From Mobula hypostoma (Eukaryota): DNA of 64,000 nucleotides. This document shows positions 52,225 through 64,000 of the stretch, one piece after another; the stretch's first letter is position 1, and the number at the start of each line of letters is the position of its first letter. The notes below the pieces were generated by a model. That model ran no database searches. It was not told the origin of the DNA and saw only the letters and a program-made list of their open reading frames with translations. The translations under genes were made by a program, and so were the position numbers. Where the stretch lies: contig NC_086102.1 of NCBI RefSeq assembly GCF_963921235.1, forward strand, positions 164,300,001-164,364,000, written 5' to 3'.

Positions 52225-54520
52225 TGCAAAGAAACCTTGATCAGTTAGGGAGATAGGCTGAGAAATGGCAAATGCATTGTAGCTGTGTGTGAGGTGATGC
52301 ACTTAGGATAGTCAAACTAGGAAAGGAATTGTACAGTGAATTGCAGGATACTGTCAAGTATTGTGGAACCAATGGATCAGGGAGTACAGGTGCAGTCTGC
52401 TGAAAGTTGACTGTACAAGTAAGATGGACAGTCAGAGATTCTATTCCCAGGGTTTGGAGGGGGTAGGGCAAAGTTAAGGCTCATATACAAGATAAAAGGG
52501 GAGAGGTTTAGAAGAGACTCAAGAGGCAACTTTACACAGAGGGCAGTGAGTACCTGGAATGGGTTGCCAGAGGAAGTGATCAGAGCGGGTACCATTGTAA
52601 CATTTAAGAGGCATTTGGATAGGTATATGGAGGGGAAGAGGTTAGAGGGCTATGGGCTGAACATTATTTGCATAAGTTTGTGAATGCACAGGTGTAATTA
52701 AAAGCTTACTTACAGCAGCATCATAGGCACATAGCATCATTAAAGCAACATTCACAAGCAAAAACAGAATTAAACATACAGGATGCATATTTTTTTCAAG
52801 AAAGAACATAATTACAACAAAAAAAGTCAATTTTAGTACAATATGATCAAAGTGGTCATAGTATTGCTAAGCTGTAATGGTTTAGGGTTTTGCCAGTTGG
52901 CTTAAGAACCAAATTGTTGAAGGGATGTAGCTGTTCTTGAACCTGGAGGTGTGGGACTTCAGGGTTCTGTACCTCTTGTTTGATGATAGTTGTGAGAAAA
53001 TAGCATGGCCCAAATGGTGGGGATCTTTAGTGATGGATGTTGCCTTCTTGAGGCAGCACCTTCTGTGGATACTAACCGTTGGTGGGGAAGGATGTTCCTG
53101 TAATATATTGGGCAAGGTTCACTACTCTCTGCAGCTGCTTGTGTTCTGAGCATTTGTATTGCTGTAACACACCATGATGAAACCTGTCAGAATACTCTCA
53201 ACTGGGTATTTTGTGACAAGTTTAACCTCTGAATAAAGTAAAGATATTGCTGTGCTTTCCTTACAATTGCATCTATGTGCTGAGTCCAGGACAGGTTATT
53301 CAGTATGCTATTACTCAGGAATTTAAAGTTGTTGACTATTTCCAAAACAGACTTCCCCCAATGTAACATGTAAAGGATGACCTGTCATTCAATTTTACTC
53401 CAATAAAGAATATTTCCAATGAGGAATGGAGGATGGGGATTGGTGAGATCAGATACCTGAATGGAACATCCTATTGAAATAGGACTTTGAGAAGATGTTA
53501 GTAACCTTAGTGGATGGATTGGACTCTACCATGTGGTTATCTAAAAGATAATAAAGCTGTGCAAATTAAGGATGTTTCAAATCTACATCTTAAATCTTAT
53601 TGTTATTTGGTATAATTTATGATAAAAAGGAGAATACAATTGGTCTCCATGAGTGTTGATATTCACACCTGAATAACAGCTGGAATGAACGAACAGCGTA
53701 CTGGAGCTGTGAATCTCAAAGAACCAGTGCTTTGAGAGAAATTGGAAAAGGTTAATTATGTTGTCCACTTAATAGCTGGGTCTTGTACTTTTAACATTCT
53801 TGAAATCTGCATAATATCCAGTGAGTACAAGAGAATTACAGTTAAGTATATAATTTAGTGTGCGTAAGAAGGTACATACTTTTATAAAATTGTGTACCAA
53901 AACATTTATGCATTTCTCTTTTACTCTGTAGGGGTTTTGGAGATGAGTCAAACATGTCACAAATGTTGTTTGATTCTTGGGGAAATTACCTTCCTTGAAT
54001 AAAGGAATAACCTACAAACAAAACTGTGGTAAAACAATTTAAAGGACAATCCTGGGAACTATAGACAAGTGAGTCTTACATCAGTGGTGGGCTAAGTATT
54101 GGAGAGGGTTCTTAGAGATAGGATTTATGAGTATTTGGAATAGCATAGACCAGTTAGGGATAGTCAGTGGAGTTTTCTGAGGGGTAGTACACGCCTCACA
54201 AATCTTGACTGACTTCAAGGAAGTGACAAAACAAATTAAAGGTAGAGTGATGGATATCATGTGTCTAGATTTTAGTCATGTGATTGACAAGGTTCCCTAG
54301 GTAGACTCATTCAAAAAGGCAAGAGGCATCGGATCCTCAGAAGTATGGTGGCTTGCCCACAGAATGCAGAGGGTGGTAGTAGATGAAGCATATTGTACAA
54401 TGGCTAATATGTGAGGGCATAATTTTAAGATGATTGGGTGATTGAAGGAAACCATAAGGGCGATGTCAGACATAGGTATTTTACACTGAGAATGGTGGGT
54501 ACGTGGAACATACTGCGAAG
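52225..54520. mobile_element. CR1 relics (plus) interleaved with a Rex1 3' fragment (minus, ~52700-53370)
   Basis: CR1 RT and 3' motifs; CLKKATSITKDPHH...HTSRFKNSYIP Rex1 C-terminus. Confidence 0.7.
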
Positions 54521-55039
54521 GTCTGGTAATGGAAAAGAACTGATATACTTAAATTCATAGAATCTTTTCATTATACACCAATAGCAAATACTCAATATTG
54601 AGTAGAACAAAAAAGAAGTTACAATTTAAGTAATCCTTGGCTCAGGTTGGAAAATGCTTTTGCTAATGATTCTTGCATCAGGATATACCTCCACCGAAGT
54701 CCGAATTCTTAGAACATCCAATGTAAAATGAGACAATACTGCCTGTTTTGACTTGCATCATGTATCTCATTTTATATCCATTCTAGCTCTAATTTGGAAA
54801 ACTACTGTGTTAAAATTTAGTTCTTGTGTTGCATTTCTTGGCTTGACTGTTCAAGTTGTTGATCTGTGTCCAGCACAATCCATGCAGATGCCATTTGCTG
54901 TATACAGATAATATGATAGCAGTATATGCTCAGTGATACCCTGTAACAAACGAATCTCACACCAAAGATCTGTTAGATGATGATATATACAGATTTGTAA
55001 ATGTGGTGGAAAAGAGGTTTAAATTACTGGACAAGAAGT

Positions 55040-55345
55040 CTCAGTTCTGAACCATAGATCGGAATCCCACTATACCAGCTGGAGAATTTGAATTTGAATG
55101 GTTAAGTAAGTCCTGAAGTTTGGCTGGGGGGAGGCATAAAAACTGTCAACAACAACAGAAAACTACTGATGGTTGTTAAGAGCTGCCTGGTTCACTGGAA
55201 AAGAAATTTGTTATCCTTGCCTGTTCTGGTATATTTGTGATCCTAGGCCCACCATTGTGGTTGACTCTTAGTGTCTCTTCATTTCAGAGTAATTAGGGGT
55301 GGATAATAAGAACTAGCGATGACTGTATCCCATAAATAAATAAAT
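55040..55345 (+). mobile_element. Ancient Deu-domain-type SINE
   Basis: aatcccac...ctggttcact...gaaat.tg...tccttgcc...ctgg...tgtggttgactctta...aattaggg.tgg..aataa...atcccat.aat.aataaa pattern. Confidence 0.55.
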
Positions 55346-56383
55346 TAAACAAATACTTAAAGTTCCACAAGTGCATAAAGTTGACTCTTAAGAGTTACGC
55401 TTTGTTAAGTTAGCCTTGGTGAATTGCTGAATAACATCAAGACAAACAAATTACTTCAATGTTTTCAAAACCAGTTTGGAATTGACAGATGCAGCAAAGC
55501 ATGTCAGTCAAATCACTGAAATATTTCCCATTTTCTTTCAGCTATCATGTTGATTCTTCAACCATCTGGTACTCTATAAAGGTAAAAATATAATATCTAG
55601 TATTCACTTAAAAAGACGGGAAATACTCAGTGAAATCGTACAAATCTGTGAAAGTGTGCAGAACTCCTTTGAAATGTGATGTTTGTCCTGAGAGGGCCAT
55701 CTTCTTACAGAATTCTAGCCTTAAGCTTTTCTCCAAACTGGAGTGATATTGTTCACCTGGGCCATTATTGTAAATTCTTGCCATTGATTTGTATGTTGCT
55801 TGTCTCATCTGGGTATTGAATTTGTGAACTAAATGTGAAATTGTCGGATCTAGAATGAAGAGAAAAAAATAGAAATGTTTCTATTTGAAATACTATCATG
55901 GAGTGTTCTACGAGTGGTAATTGGATTGAATTTTGAAAATAAAGAATATGGTATGACACTAATTGGGAAATAACATCATGCACACAAAACTTTTAGTAGT
56001 AGTGTTTTCTTTTATTCTGCAGGGAAGTACTCACTCCCAACCGCACCCAACTCCTACCCTTAGTGGTTAATATTTGTACTATTGCTCCTTTGAAGCCAGG
56101 ACTGGGTAGAATTTTAAAATTTGTAGAAAGCACTTAATTTTTTTTCAATAAAGGTGTTAGACTGTTTAGACAGCAGACATAAGCTGTTGGTTCTTAATAC
56201 ACAAAAATATGAAATGATAAATTTTGATAAGAATAACAGTCAACATAATGATCACTTTCAAAATGTTGGAGCACAAGAATTGCGGGAGTTGGGCAGTTGT
56301 GCATGGCCTAAGTAATTAATGATTGCATTTCATTGAAAAGGCTTTTTGCCCAAAAAAAGACATGGAATCTTGGACTTTAACAT

Positions 56384-56637
56384 GGAACATAGAATAGTAC
56401 AGCACAGTACAGGCCCTTCGGCCCACAATGTTGTGCCGACCCTCAAACCCTGCCTCCCATATAAGCCCCCACCTTAAATTCCTCCATATACCTGTCTAGT
56501 AGACTCTTAAACTTCACTAGTGTATCTGCCTCCACCACTGACTCAGGCAGTGCATTCCACGCACCAACCACTCTCTGAGTAAAAACCTTCCTCTGATATC
56601 CCCCTTGAACTTCCCAGCCCTTACCTTAAAGCCATGT
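56384..56637 (-). mobile_element. Young CR1 3' end
   Basis: gaacatagaatagtacagcacagtacaggcccttcggcccaca... reversed CR1 tail. Confidence 0.88.
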
Positions 56638-57849
56638 CATTAGGGAATGGCAAGGAAAGAAGCAAGGAAAATAAAAATAATCATTAATAAATTATTGATT
56701 GTGAGTTTTTAATTTTATATCATTCCTTTCCTGTCTCTCATAGTTTTTAATTTCAGGTTACTCCTTGGCCTCTTGCTGCAGGAGAAAAACTCAGCCCCTC
56801 CAATCACTGCCCATGTCATGTATATCGTTGGGAAATTTGCCATAAAAGGGAGTGGATTAGGTCTTTATTATTTAAGTTGGCGATTTATATTGTAGGGTGG
56901 TTTATAATGATATAAATGCTGAGGCCTCTTTGATAACAACCTGGGTATTTCTGCTTTCCAAGATTATGTTTACTTCTTTTGCCATATTTTGTGAGAAACA
57001 TTAAATATAGCCAAAACTTGAGCCTCTCATCTACGTGTGCTTAATATCCAATTCCTTTATTCACTTTGGTAAATCTAATTTAATATTTTGTTGCACACTC
57101 TAGGTTTTTATAAAAGATGAATGAAATAAATTGGAACCAAAATACATTTGCAAGTGGGATGGGTGAACAGAAAGAACTGATGGTTTTTTAGAAGTATGTA
57201 AGGATTTTCACTTTCTCAAAGTGCTACAAGTCATTAAAATGGACTCATTATTATAAAAAAAAGTCAACTAATTTGGGTAAACTAAATTTCCACAAACAAA
57301 AGCTAAATGAATGATAAACAGAGTGAACTGAGACTGATAGCAAATCAAATCATGGCCAGAGAGTGACTCAAGAGGAAAAATGTCAGTGATTTGTGGCTTT
57401 TTTTGCAGTGGCATTTACCATAACATACTTCACTGGCTGCATATTTGGATGTAAAAGTTCTTTTTCTGTAGTATCTTCATTTCTTTCGGAAATTCCCTAC
57501 ATTTAGCCCAAGGGAAACAGCAGAGTATGTAGCGCTGTGTCAGGACTTAAATGCATGTGGTACTTATTTTCTAAATTGTTAATATTCTTCCATTATCCCT
57601 ATGTTTTTGATGCCACTGTATCTGGATTCCTAACCAATCTGAAAGTATATATTTCCATATTAAATGTATGGAAAGATATTGCAATTTAGTATCCCTGGTC
57701 TACAAAGTGCATGATAACACTGTCCCCTATCACTGTCCATACCTTGTATATCAGCAAGGAAACTACCTTCTTTAATTCTGCCGCAAAAAAATTGGTTTGC
57801 CTATACCACTGGAATTTTAGATTGTCTCTGATGTGTTTTGTGTTCTGAG

Positions 57850-58072
57850 CGCAAACAAGAGAAAATCTGTAGATGCTGGAAATCCAAGTAGTGCACACAA
57901 TGTTGGATGAACTCAGCAGGCTGGGCAGCATCTATGGAAAAGAGTATAGACGACGTTTTGGGCCGAGACCCTTCAAGTCCTGATGAAAGGTCTTGGCCCA
58001 AAATGTCGTCTTTACTCTTTTCCATAGATGTTGCCCAGCCTGCTGAGTTCCTCCAGCATTTTGTCTGTGTTG
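57850..58072. mobile_element. Fold-back Penelope terminal derivative with 13-bp TSD
   Basis: tttgtgttctgag at 57837-57849 and 58073-58085; inverted arms; agtcCTGATGA...ccAAAAtgTC relic at 57976-58010. Confidence 0.88.
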
Positions 58073-58659
58073 TTTGTGTTCTGAGATCAAGGTTGAGTAA
58101 TTTCAGAAAGTTCCCAAAGATGCTCCAATCCATTGAAATGTGCTGCTAATTCCTATATCCTGAAAATTTAAAAAAACACTCATTGCTGCCCAATGGTGTG
58201 CTTTTATTCTTTATATAATTTTTGTCATACCTGGATTCTGAAGTTATTTTCTTTAAACTTCTTTGGTCTTCCTTTATTCCTATTGTCTGCTGAAAAAATT
58301 TCCAATTTTAGAAGTGCAGCTCCCTTTTTTAAAAAAAGTAGAGTCAGCAATTGAATGGGTAACCAGGAAACATTGCTTTACGTAAGACTTATTTGAACCT
58401 GTAATTTTTTTTATTGGAAGTGGTTAACAGACTATTATGTTCCTAAAAAGTAATTGTAGGTGAAGAAAGAAGGCAGTTAAGAGAGAACTATGTGTGCTAA
58501 TGGTAGGGTGCCAATCAGAATCCAAAACTAATACCTAGTTTTCTCATAAGAAATAGGAATCTATTGATCCTTGTTTCTTTACCTATTTACTGGTTATATT
58601 TTCAGAGTCTGCTTGTCAGAGGTTTCTGAAGATTCAAATTTTTTTTTAATTCTAAAAAA

Positions 58660-59442
58660 TGGAAGATGGCACGAGCTGTAGTCTCCATTGAGGTTGCAGC
58701 TCAGACTGTTTTTTAGAAATTATTTAGGCTCATGGGTTTGGTTTGGGGAACGCGGGAGTTAGGGATCAAGTTAGGGTTTCTGGATATGGGGGAATTAAAT
58801 GACAGGTTTCAAGGTCAATGACATGGATGTGGTCGGATATCAGTCCCACAGACCAGTGAGCACAATGGCTGGAATTGCGATGAACTCCAGGATTGGAGTT
58901 TCATGTGGCAGGAAGTATGAGGGCTGGTGATCTCCCAGGTATGTGAATCTCAAGTCCGAGGTTCAAGACCTAGTATTTGTGTCCTATGATCGGCAAGACC
59001 GAGCTTGAGACCTAGATTTCGGGTATTCATCTAGGGTCTTCATTCGTCATCATCAGAAAGTCCTGGGTCGGACTGAAAGTAGAAGCCTGAAGGTTGATCA
59101 AAGGTCCAGTCATCAAGGTCTGATGGCTAGAGTTCTGAGTCTGTGAATCTCTGCAAGTTCACTGGGGAAGTCGAAGGCTCAATATCTGCAATCTACCAGT
59201 TCGCTGAAGGCTGAAGAAGGTGGCCTGTCCTGGGGTTAAAGGACTCTGTGTGTGCATGGGTTGGTGGGAGGGAGGAAGGGAACTGGTTTTGCTGTTGCTT
59301 TGTCGCTTGGTATGTTCTGTTTAGTTGTGTTCTATGCTGTTCTGCCGAACATTATGAGCATGCTCTGCTGGCGTCGGAATGTGTAGGGACACTTGGTGAC
59401 TGCACCAGAACATCGTCTATTTCAATGTACATGTGATAAATC
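58660..59442 (+). mobile_element. Non-autonomous retroelement with LINE-type 3' end
   Basis: gaagatggc start; tatttcaatgtacatgtga.aaa 3' end; no coding capacity. Confidence 0.45.
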
Positions 59443-59967
59443 AGAATATGAAATGGAGTTAGTTTCCTTAACCTGTCTGTACAGTATAGTCACCTCACCC
59501 CAGAAAACAGTCTTGCAAATCCTTATTGCACTCCCTTTAAGGCAAATGCCTCTTTCCCTTTAAGGCAAATGCCTCTTTTATGGCAAAAATTGTAAAAATG
59601 TACATGGTGCTCCAGATGTAGTGTCACCAAGATACTTTGTGATTGCAGAATAATGACTTTATTCTAAGTTTGAGATAAAGTCAAAACATTTTTGATTTAA
59701 TAATTACAGTTTATTTTGTAATTTATGTACAATGAATCTATTAGATTAGATAAACATTAGAATGTGTATGTTTTTCATCTGATTTTTAAAAAAAATTTAA
59801 TAAGTCGGGTAACTTTGGATTCATTTGCATTATGTTCCATTTACCACGTTTATATTCCGTGTCAATCTTTTTGTATCTTCCTCATTGCCTAAGTGAGATT
59901 GTTGTAGTGAAGAGCTAGAATGAGAGTGATGGCCTCGAATGTTTAAAATGAAACAGAGATTCTAGAT

Positions 59968-60047
59968 CAGGGGTTCCCAACCTGGGGTCCAGGGACCCCT
60001 TGCTTAATGGTGTTGATCCATGGCATAAAAAAGGTTGGGAATCCCTG
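59968..60047. mobile_element. 80-bp hAT MITE, same family as 18104-18183, opposite orientation
   Basis: caggggttcccaacc...ggttgggaatccctg; TSD ttctagat/ttctagag. Confidence 0.88.
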
Positions 60048-60994
60048 TTCTAGAGTAAGTTTAAAAATGACAAACAAATAATTGAAACAAAGAAAATGCA
60101 TAATTGATAATTATATTCATATTATTGCATAATTTCTTTGACAATGTTGTAAAGAATTTTTAAATTTTAAATTTTTATCTTAATGTAGATTTTCAAAGTT
60201 GATGATGTTGATGTCCAAATCATAACGTCTACTGCATGTCTTTGGGGAAAGGGGTTGGCAGTTTTCTGTTGATAAGTGGTATCTGATTTAAGCAGCTTGC
60301 CAGCTTGTGAAGGAGGGAGGAAAATTATTGTCTCAGTTAATTCAAGGGATGAATAATTCTAATGATAATTTCTTATTTATTCTTGGAACATGTTCATTGG
60401 CAAGGCAAGCTAGTAAAGAGTATTCGTAAAAGCAGCATGGCTGTCAAAGCTCATCATACCTTCTTACTCCTGAAATTCTGCAAACCATTGTTTAGCCATG
60501 GTTGAAATTAAGTCTTGAATCAAATATTACTGGCAAAGCCCAAATTGAGCTTGACTGTCATGTTATTTTCCAGTACTTTGAAAGTAGAGTGGTAATTCTA
60601 ATACCAACTAGAACACTGTAGATGCTGAAAATCTAAAATAAGAAGAGCAAATACTGAAAATATTAAGCAGGTAATCCAGATGAATGGCTGGGCAAGTAGT
60701 GTTAACATTTCACATTACTGATGTTTGATTCTGATTGCAGCAGCAAAATTGATCCAAAATTGTTATACTTGCGTGACTTGCCCAGAGCTCCAATGATTGC
60801 TCTAAAGAGTCAAATTCTCTAATCCGATCCTTTATTAACAATTAGCAAACATACAACTAAGCATTGTTAAGCATTATCTCAGCAGTCATCAAAGATATAG
60901 TCTCTGTGGTCCCAAGCTACAAACTGCCACGAAATAAGCAGGAATATGTAATTTATTCTCTTCACTTTTACCACACTCTTACTAATGTGACGAC

Positions 60995-62045
60995 TTCTTC
61001 ATGTGCCTTGCGTGTTACAGACTTGGGCAATCATGGCTTCCCACATCGAACGATCCCACACAGCGTCAATGATATCTCGCACACTTAGATCTGTTAGTTC
61101 TTCCACAGTGTCCATACATTTTCTTCTTTGCCTTCCTCTTCTGTGTTTCCCAGGCAGATGGCCTTGTAATGTAAGGCATTCTCTTTCTCCCTTTCTGATG
61201 ACATGGCCCAGGAATTTAAGTTTCCTCTCATTTAATGTTCTCATTAAAGATCTTTTTGTATGGGCACGTTGATGTACTGTCTCATTAGTTACCCATCTCT
61301 ATATGATATTTTCAGCATTCTTCTAAGAAACCTCTTTTCTGTTGCTTCTAAGTTTCTTTGAAGTTCTGGTATTATAGTCCATGTTTCGGAAGCATACAGC
61401 AAGATTGACCAGATGTAACATTTTTGTAGCCTAAGCCTTGTTGTCATAGAAACGTGTCTGTTGGTAAAAATGGGTTTCATTTTTTGGAAGTTGGTTTTGG
61501 CAATGGCAGTTCCTCTTTTTATTTCTACTTCTAGCATCTTGAGATATAAAGCTACGAAGGTAATTAAAGCTGGTCTTTTGTTCAATCACTTGGTTACTGA
61601 TGTACAGTTGGCAGTTGTGAGTATCCTGTTGTTTTGATATCACCATACAATTGGTTTTTTTACAGTTGATGGTTAGACCAAAATCTGCACTTGTTTGTAC
61701 TACCTTGTCTAGGAGGATTTGTAGATCTTCTGTACCACTTGCTATTAGGGTGGTATCGTCTGCATATCTTATTGTTGATGTTAACACCTCCAATTTTTAT
61801 CCCACCTAGGTCTTCTATTTCTCTGAGAATCATTTCACTATAGATATTAAATAATTCCGGTGAGGCATTGCATCCCTGTCTAACTCCTCTTTGAATTTTA
61901 GTCCAACTGCTTATATTATCATCAATTTTTACCGCCACCGTTTGATTCCAATATAAATTTTGAAGCAGTTTTAGTCCCTTCTGTCAATGTTTAGTTTAGC
62001 GAGAATTTGAAGTAATTTTTCATGTTGCACTTTGTCGAATATGAC
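60995..62045 (-). mobile_element. RTE-clade LINE 3' half
   Basis: IQRGVRQGC..SPELFNIYSE, RYADDTTLIA, ILLYASETW and LKFLGHVIRK motifs with frameshifts. Confidence 0.9.
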
Positions 62046-62849
62046 TCATTGCCATAATAAACCCACAGCACATAATACATGGCTCGTAGTACACTGGTTG
62101 AAGCCATCAACCTGAAGTGCTAATTCTGTTTCTCTGCATAGATGCTGCCTAATCCACAAAATGCATAGTACATCTTTCAGATATTTGGGGAATTGATTAG
62201 GTTGTGTTTATTATTTTCTTTTAAGAACAGAATATTCTATGGTTTCTCATAATGGCATACATATGCTACTTGCAGATTTTGCATATTGGATCTCCAGTAT
62301 TAAACCCATGATTTTACTGGGGCCCTCTTTTAATTTCACTTGTAATGAATTGAATTGGCTGAAGCTTGGCAGCTTTGGGAATTTCAGGAAGAGGCTGAGA
62401 AGGAGTCCTGCATGGAAATCACTAAGTACTTCTGCTTTTGTAAATTGTTAGTTGACAGGATGGGAGTTGGCAAGCTACAGAAAGCTTCCTCGGCCTTGTT
62501 TCAACTTGAAGCTATGAAACCTCATATTGAGAATCTTCAGGGTCATTTTGCCTGACTTTAGACCACTATAAGCTCCCTCGCCTCTACCCTGGTGTTAGAT
62601 TAAAATATACCCAGGGCCTGTCATTGAGTATCTGGGACACATCATTGGTTGAATTGTAAACGTAACTTTGCTGGATCAAATAACGACAGCGCAAAAAGAT
62701 CGTTACTTATCTTTTCACCTGTTTATTTCTTCGAGCTCAGCCGGCGAGTGAACTTGGACCCGACATCAGGGAGAGACCCTTTCTCATCTCCCTGGCAGTT
62801 CTGCAAGTTCACTGCCTGATGTCAGAATTGTCAGAAGTTATAAGGCCAC

Positions 62850-62995
62850 CAATACAAAAGAACAATCAGTTTGATAACCATTCCGGTTAAGTCAATGGAT
62901 TATTGATACAGAGAACAAATCAGTTTGATAACTAGTTCGGCCAAGTCAATGGACTATTGATACAAAAGTACAATCAATTTGTTAGACACTCCAGC
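62850..62995. repeat. ~56-bp tandem repeat (~2.5 copies), possibly within a solo LTR (~62550-63250, minus)
   Basis: atacaaaagaacaatcagtttgataac...aagtcaatgga.tattg repeated; adjacent TTATAA and minus-strand AATAAA. No TSD found. Confidence 0.55.
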
Positions 62996-63682
62996 CACCT
63001 TAATTAAGGAAAAGAATGTCCTACCTGGTTTGCTGGAGCCACAACTTAATTACAAAGATAAGAACATCTGTCAAATTTGTGCTTTAATTAAGAAAGGAAT
63101 GTTCTGTCTAATTTCTATCAGGTACTGCTTTCTGTCAAAATCAAAAGGTGTGAAAAGCCCAGAGACATCTATGTGGATCTGGGCAAACTTTAATCATCTT
63201 GCTCCAAAGAAGGCAGCTGTGAGACATTATTCAAACACACTGTAGTCACAGACACAGTCAGTACTTAATTCATTGTTTACAGAGATCTGAGAATCCCCCA
63301 TTCCCTTAAACTTTATCAGAATCAAATTCTGGGAGATCATTGTGTTATATCATTAGTAGTTGAGATAGCCGTCCATGGATATCAGAAATGTGAACTTTGA
63401 GCTGCTTTTTGTATTTAAATTTGTCTGGAATACTAAGTTCTTAAGTTAACTGTTTTGCATATTTAACATGGAAGATTTTATTCTTAAAAGCAATGAGGAG
63501 AGCGCAGGCTGTAGAATGATTATGTTTTAATGTGTTCAATAATGTTATATACTTATCCAAAATGATTGTCAAAGAGACCAGGAGAATACCCTTTAAGTTG
63601 ATGTGAATCTTAGGTGCTTGGGTTTGTAACTGTAGTGTAGCTCTGACAGGGGCATCAAAGTTGCTGCACAACTGTTCACTTA

Positions 63683-64000
63683 TCTATATACTAGTAAAAC
63701 TCTCATGCTCTGTTTGTCTGTTTGTGACCTCCAATTAGCACAAACAGTGCATTACAGCGGCACTTTTTTTGGCTAAATCGAATTAAAATGCGCTAACTTA
63801 CAGAATGCAGGCGAAGTTCAGGGTTATATATTCATATAAAATTGCTTATTTGCTAAAAATCAACAGACTGGCTTTCACTCGAGACCCAATCGGCCATCAT
63901 GGAAATCGGGACGCAACAGCCTGATGCATGTGCACGGCCAGCCTCAGCAGCAACACCTACCGGACCAAAGGAGCAGGGCAGCTCTATTTCAAGGGGTCAC
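63683..64000 (+). mobile_element. Possible Helitron 5' end
   Basis: A|TCTATATAC...AAAA followed by tgtttgtctgtttg microsatellite-like tract; runs off the window. Confidence 0.4.

Noticed and set aside
55542-55581. Candidate 5'UTR micro-exon (tttcag...aaag|gtaaaa)
   Set aside because: Only splice-like signals, no independent support.
62850-62995. Repeat array as CRISPR
   Set aside because: Eukaryotic context, head-to-tail units without unique spacers, no cas genes.

Overview
AT-rich, repeat-dense vertebrate genomic DNA. The repeat landscape (CR1, Rex1/Babar, Penelope, Deu-type SINE) suggests a cartilaginous fish (inference). Three CpG-island promoters mark three host genes. (1) The first coding exon of a divergent JAZF1-family zinc-finger gene on the minus strand (22411-22525); the ORF track misses it, and its other exons were not found and probably lie left of the window. 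(2) A complete four-coding-exon ATP synthase subunit c gene (ATP5MC family, 144 aa, 30332-43652, plus strand). (3) A probably non-coding first exon at ~47.3-47.5 kb, possibly an ATF2/ATF7/CREB5-type gene by synteny only. Most other sequence is transposon debris, often nested. The most interesting hidden signal is a very minimal type I hammerhead-ribozyme motif (AGUC-CUGAYGA-A-GGGU-CUCG-GCCC-GAAA-CG-UC^GACU) at the 3' end of Penelope-like elements. It recurs in many short non-autonomous derivatives, several forming fold-back inverted pairs flanked by 12-16 bp target-site duplications; one sits just behind an ATP5MC poly(A) signal. Exon, TSD and ribozyme coordinates were counted by hand; boundaries of degraded repeats are approximate.
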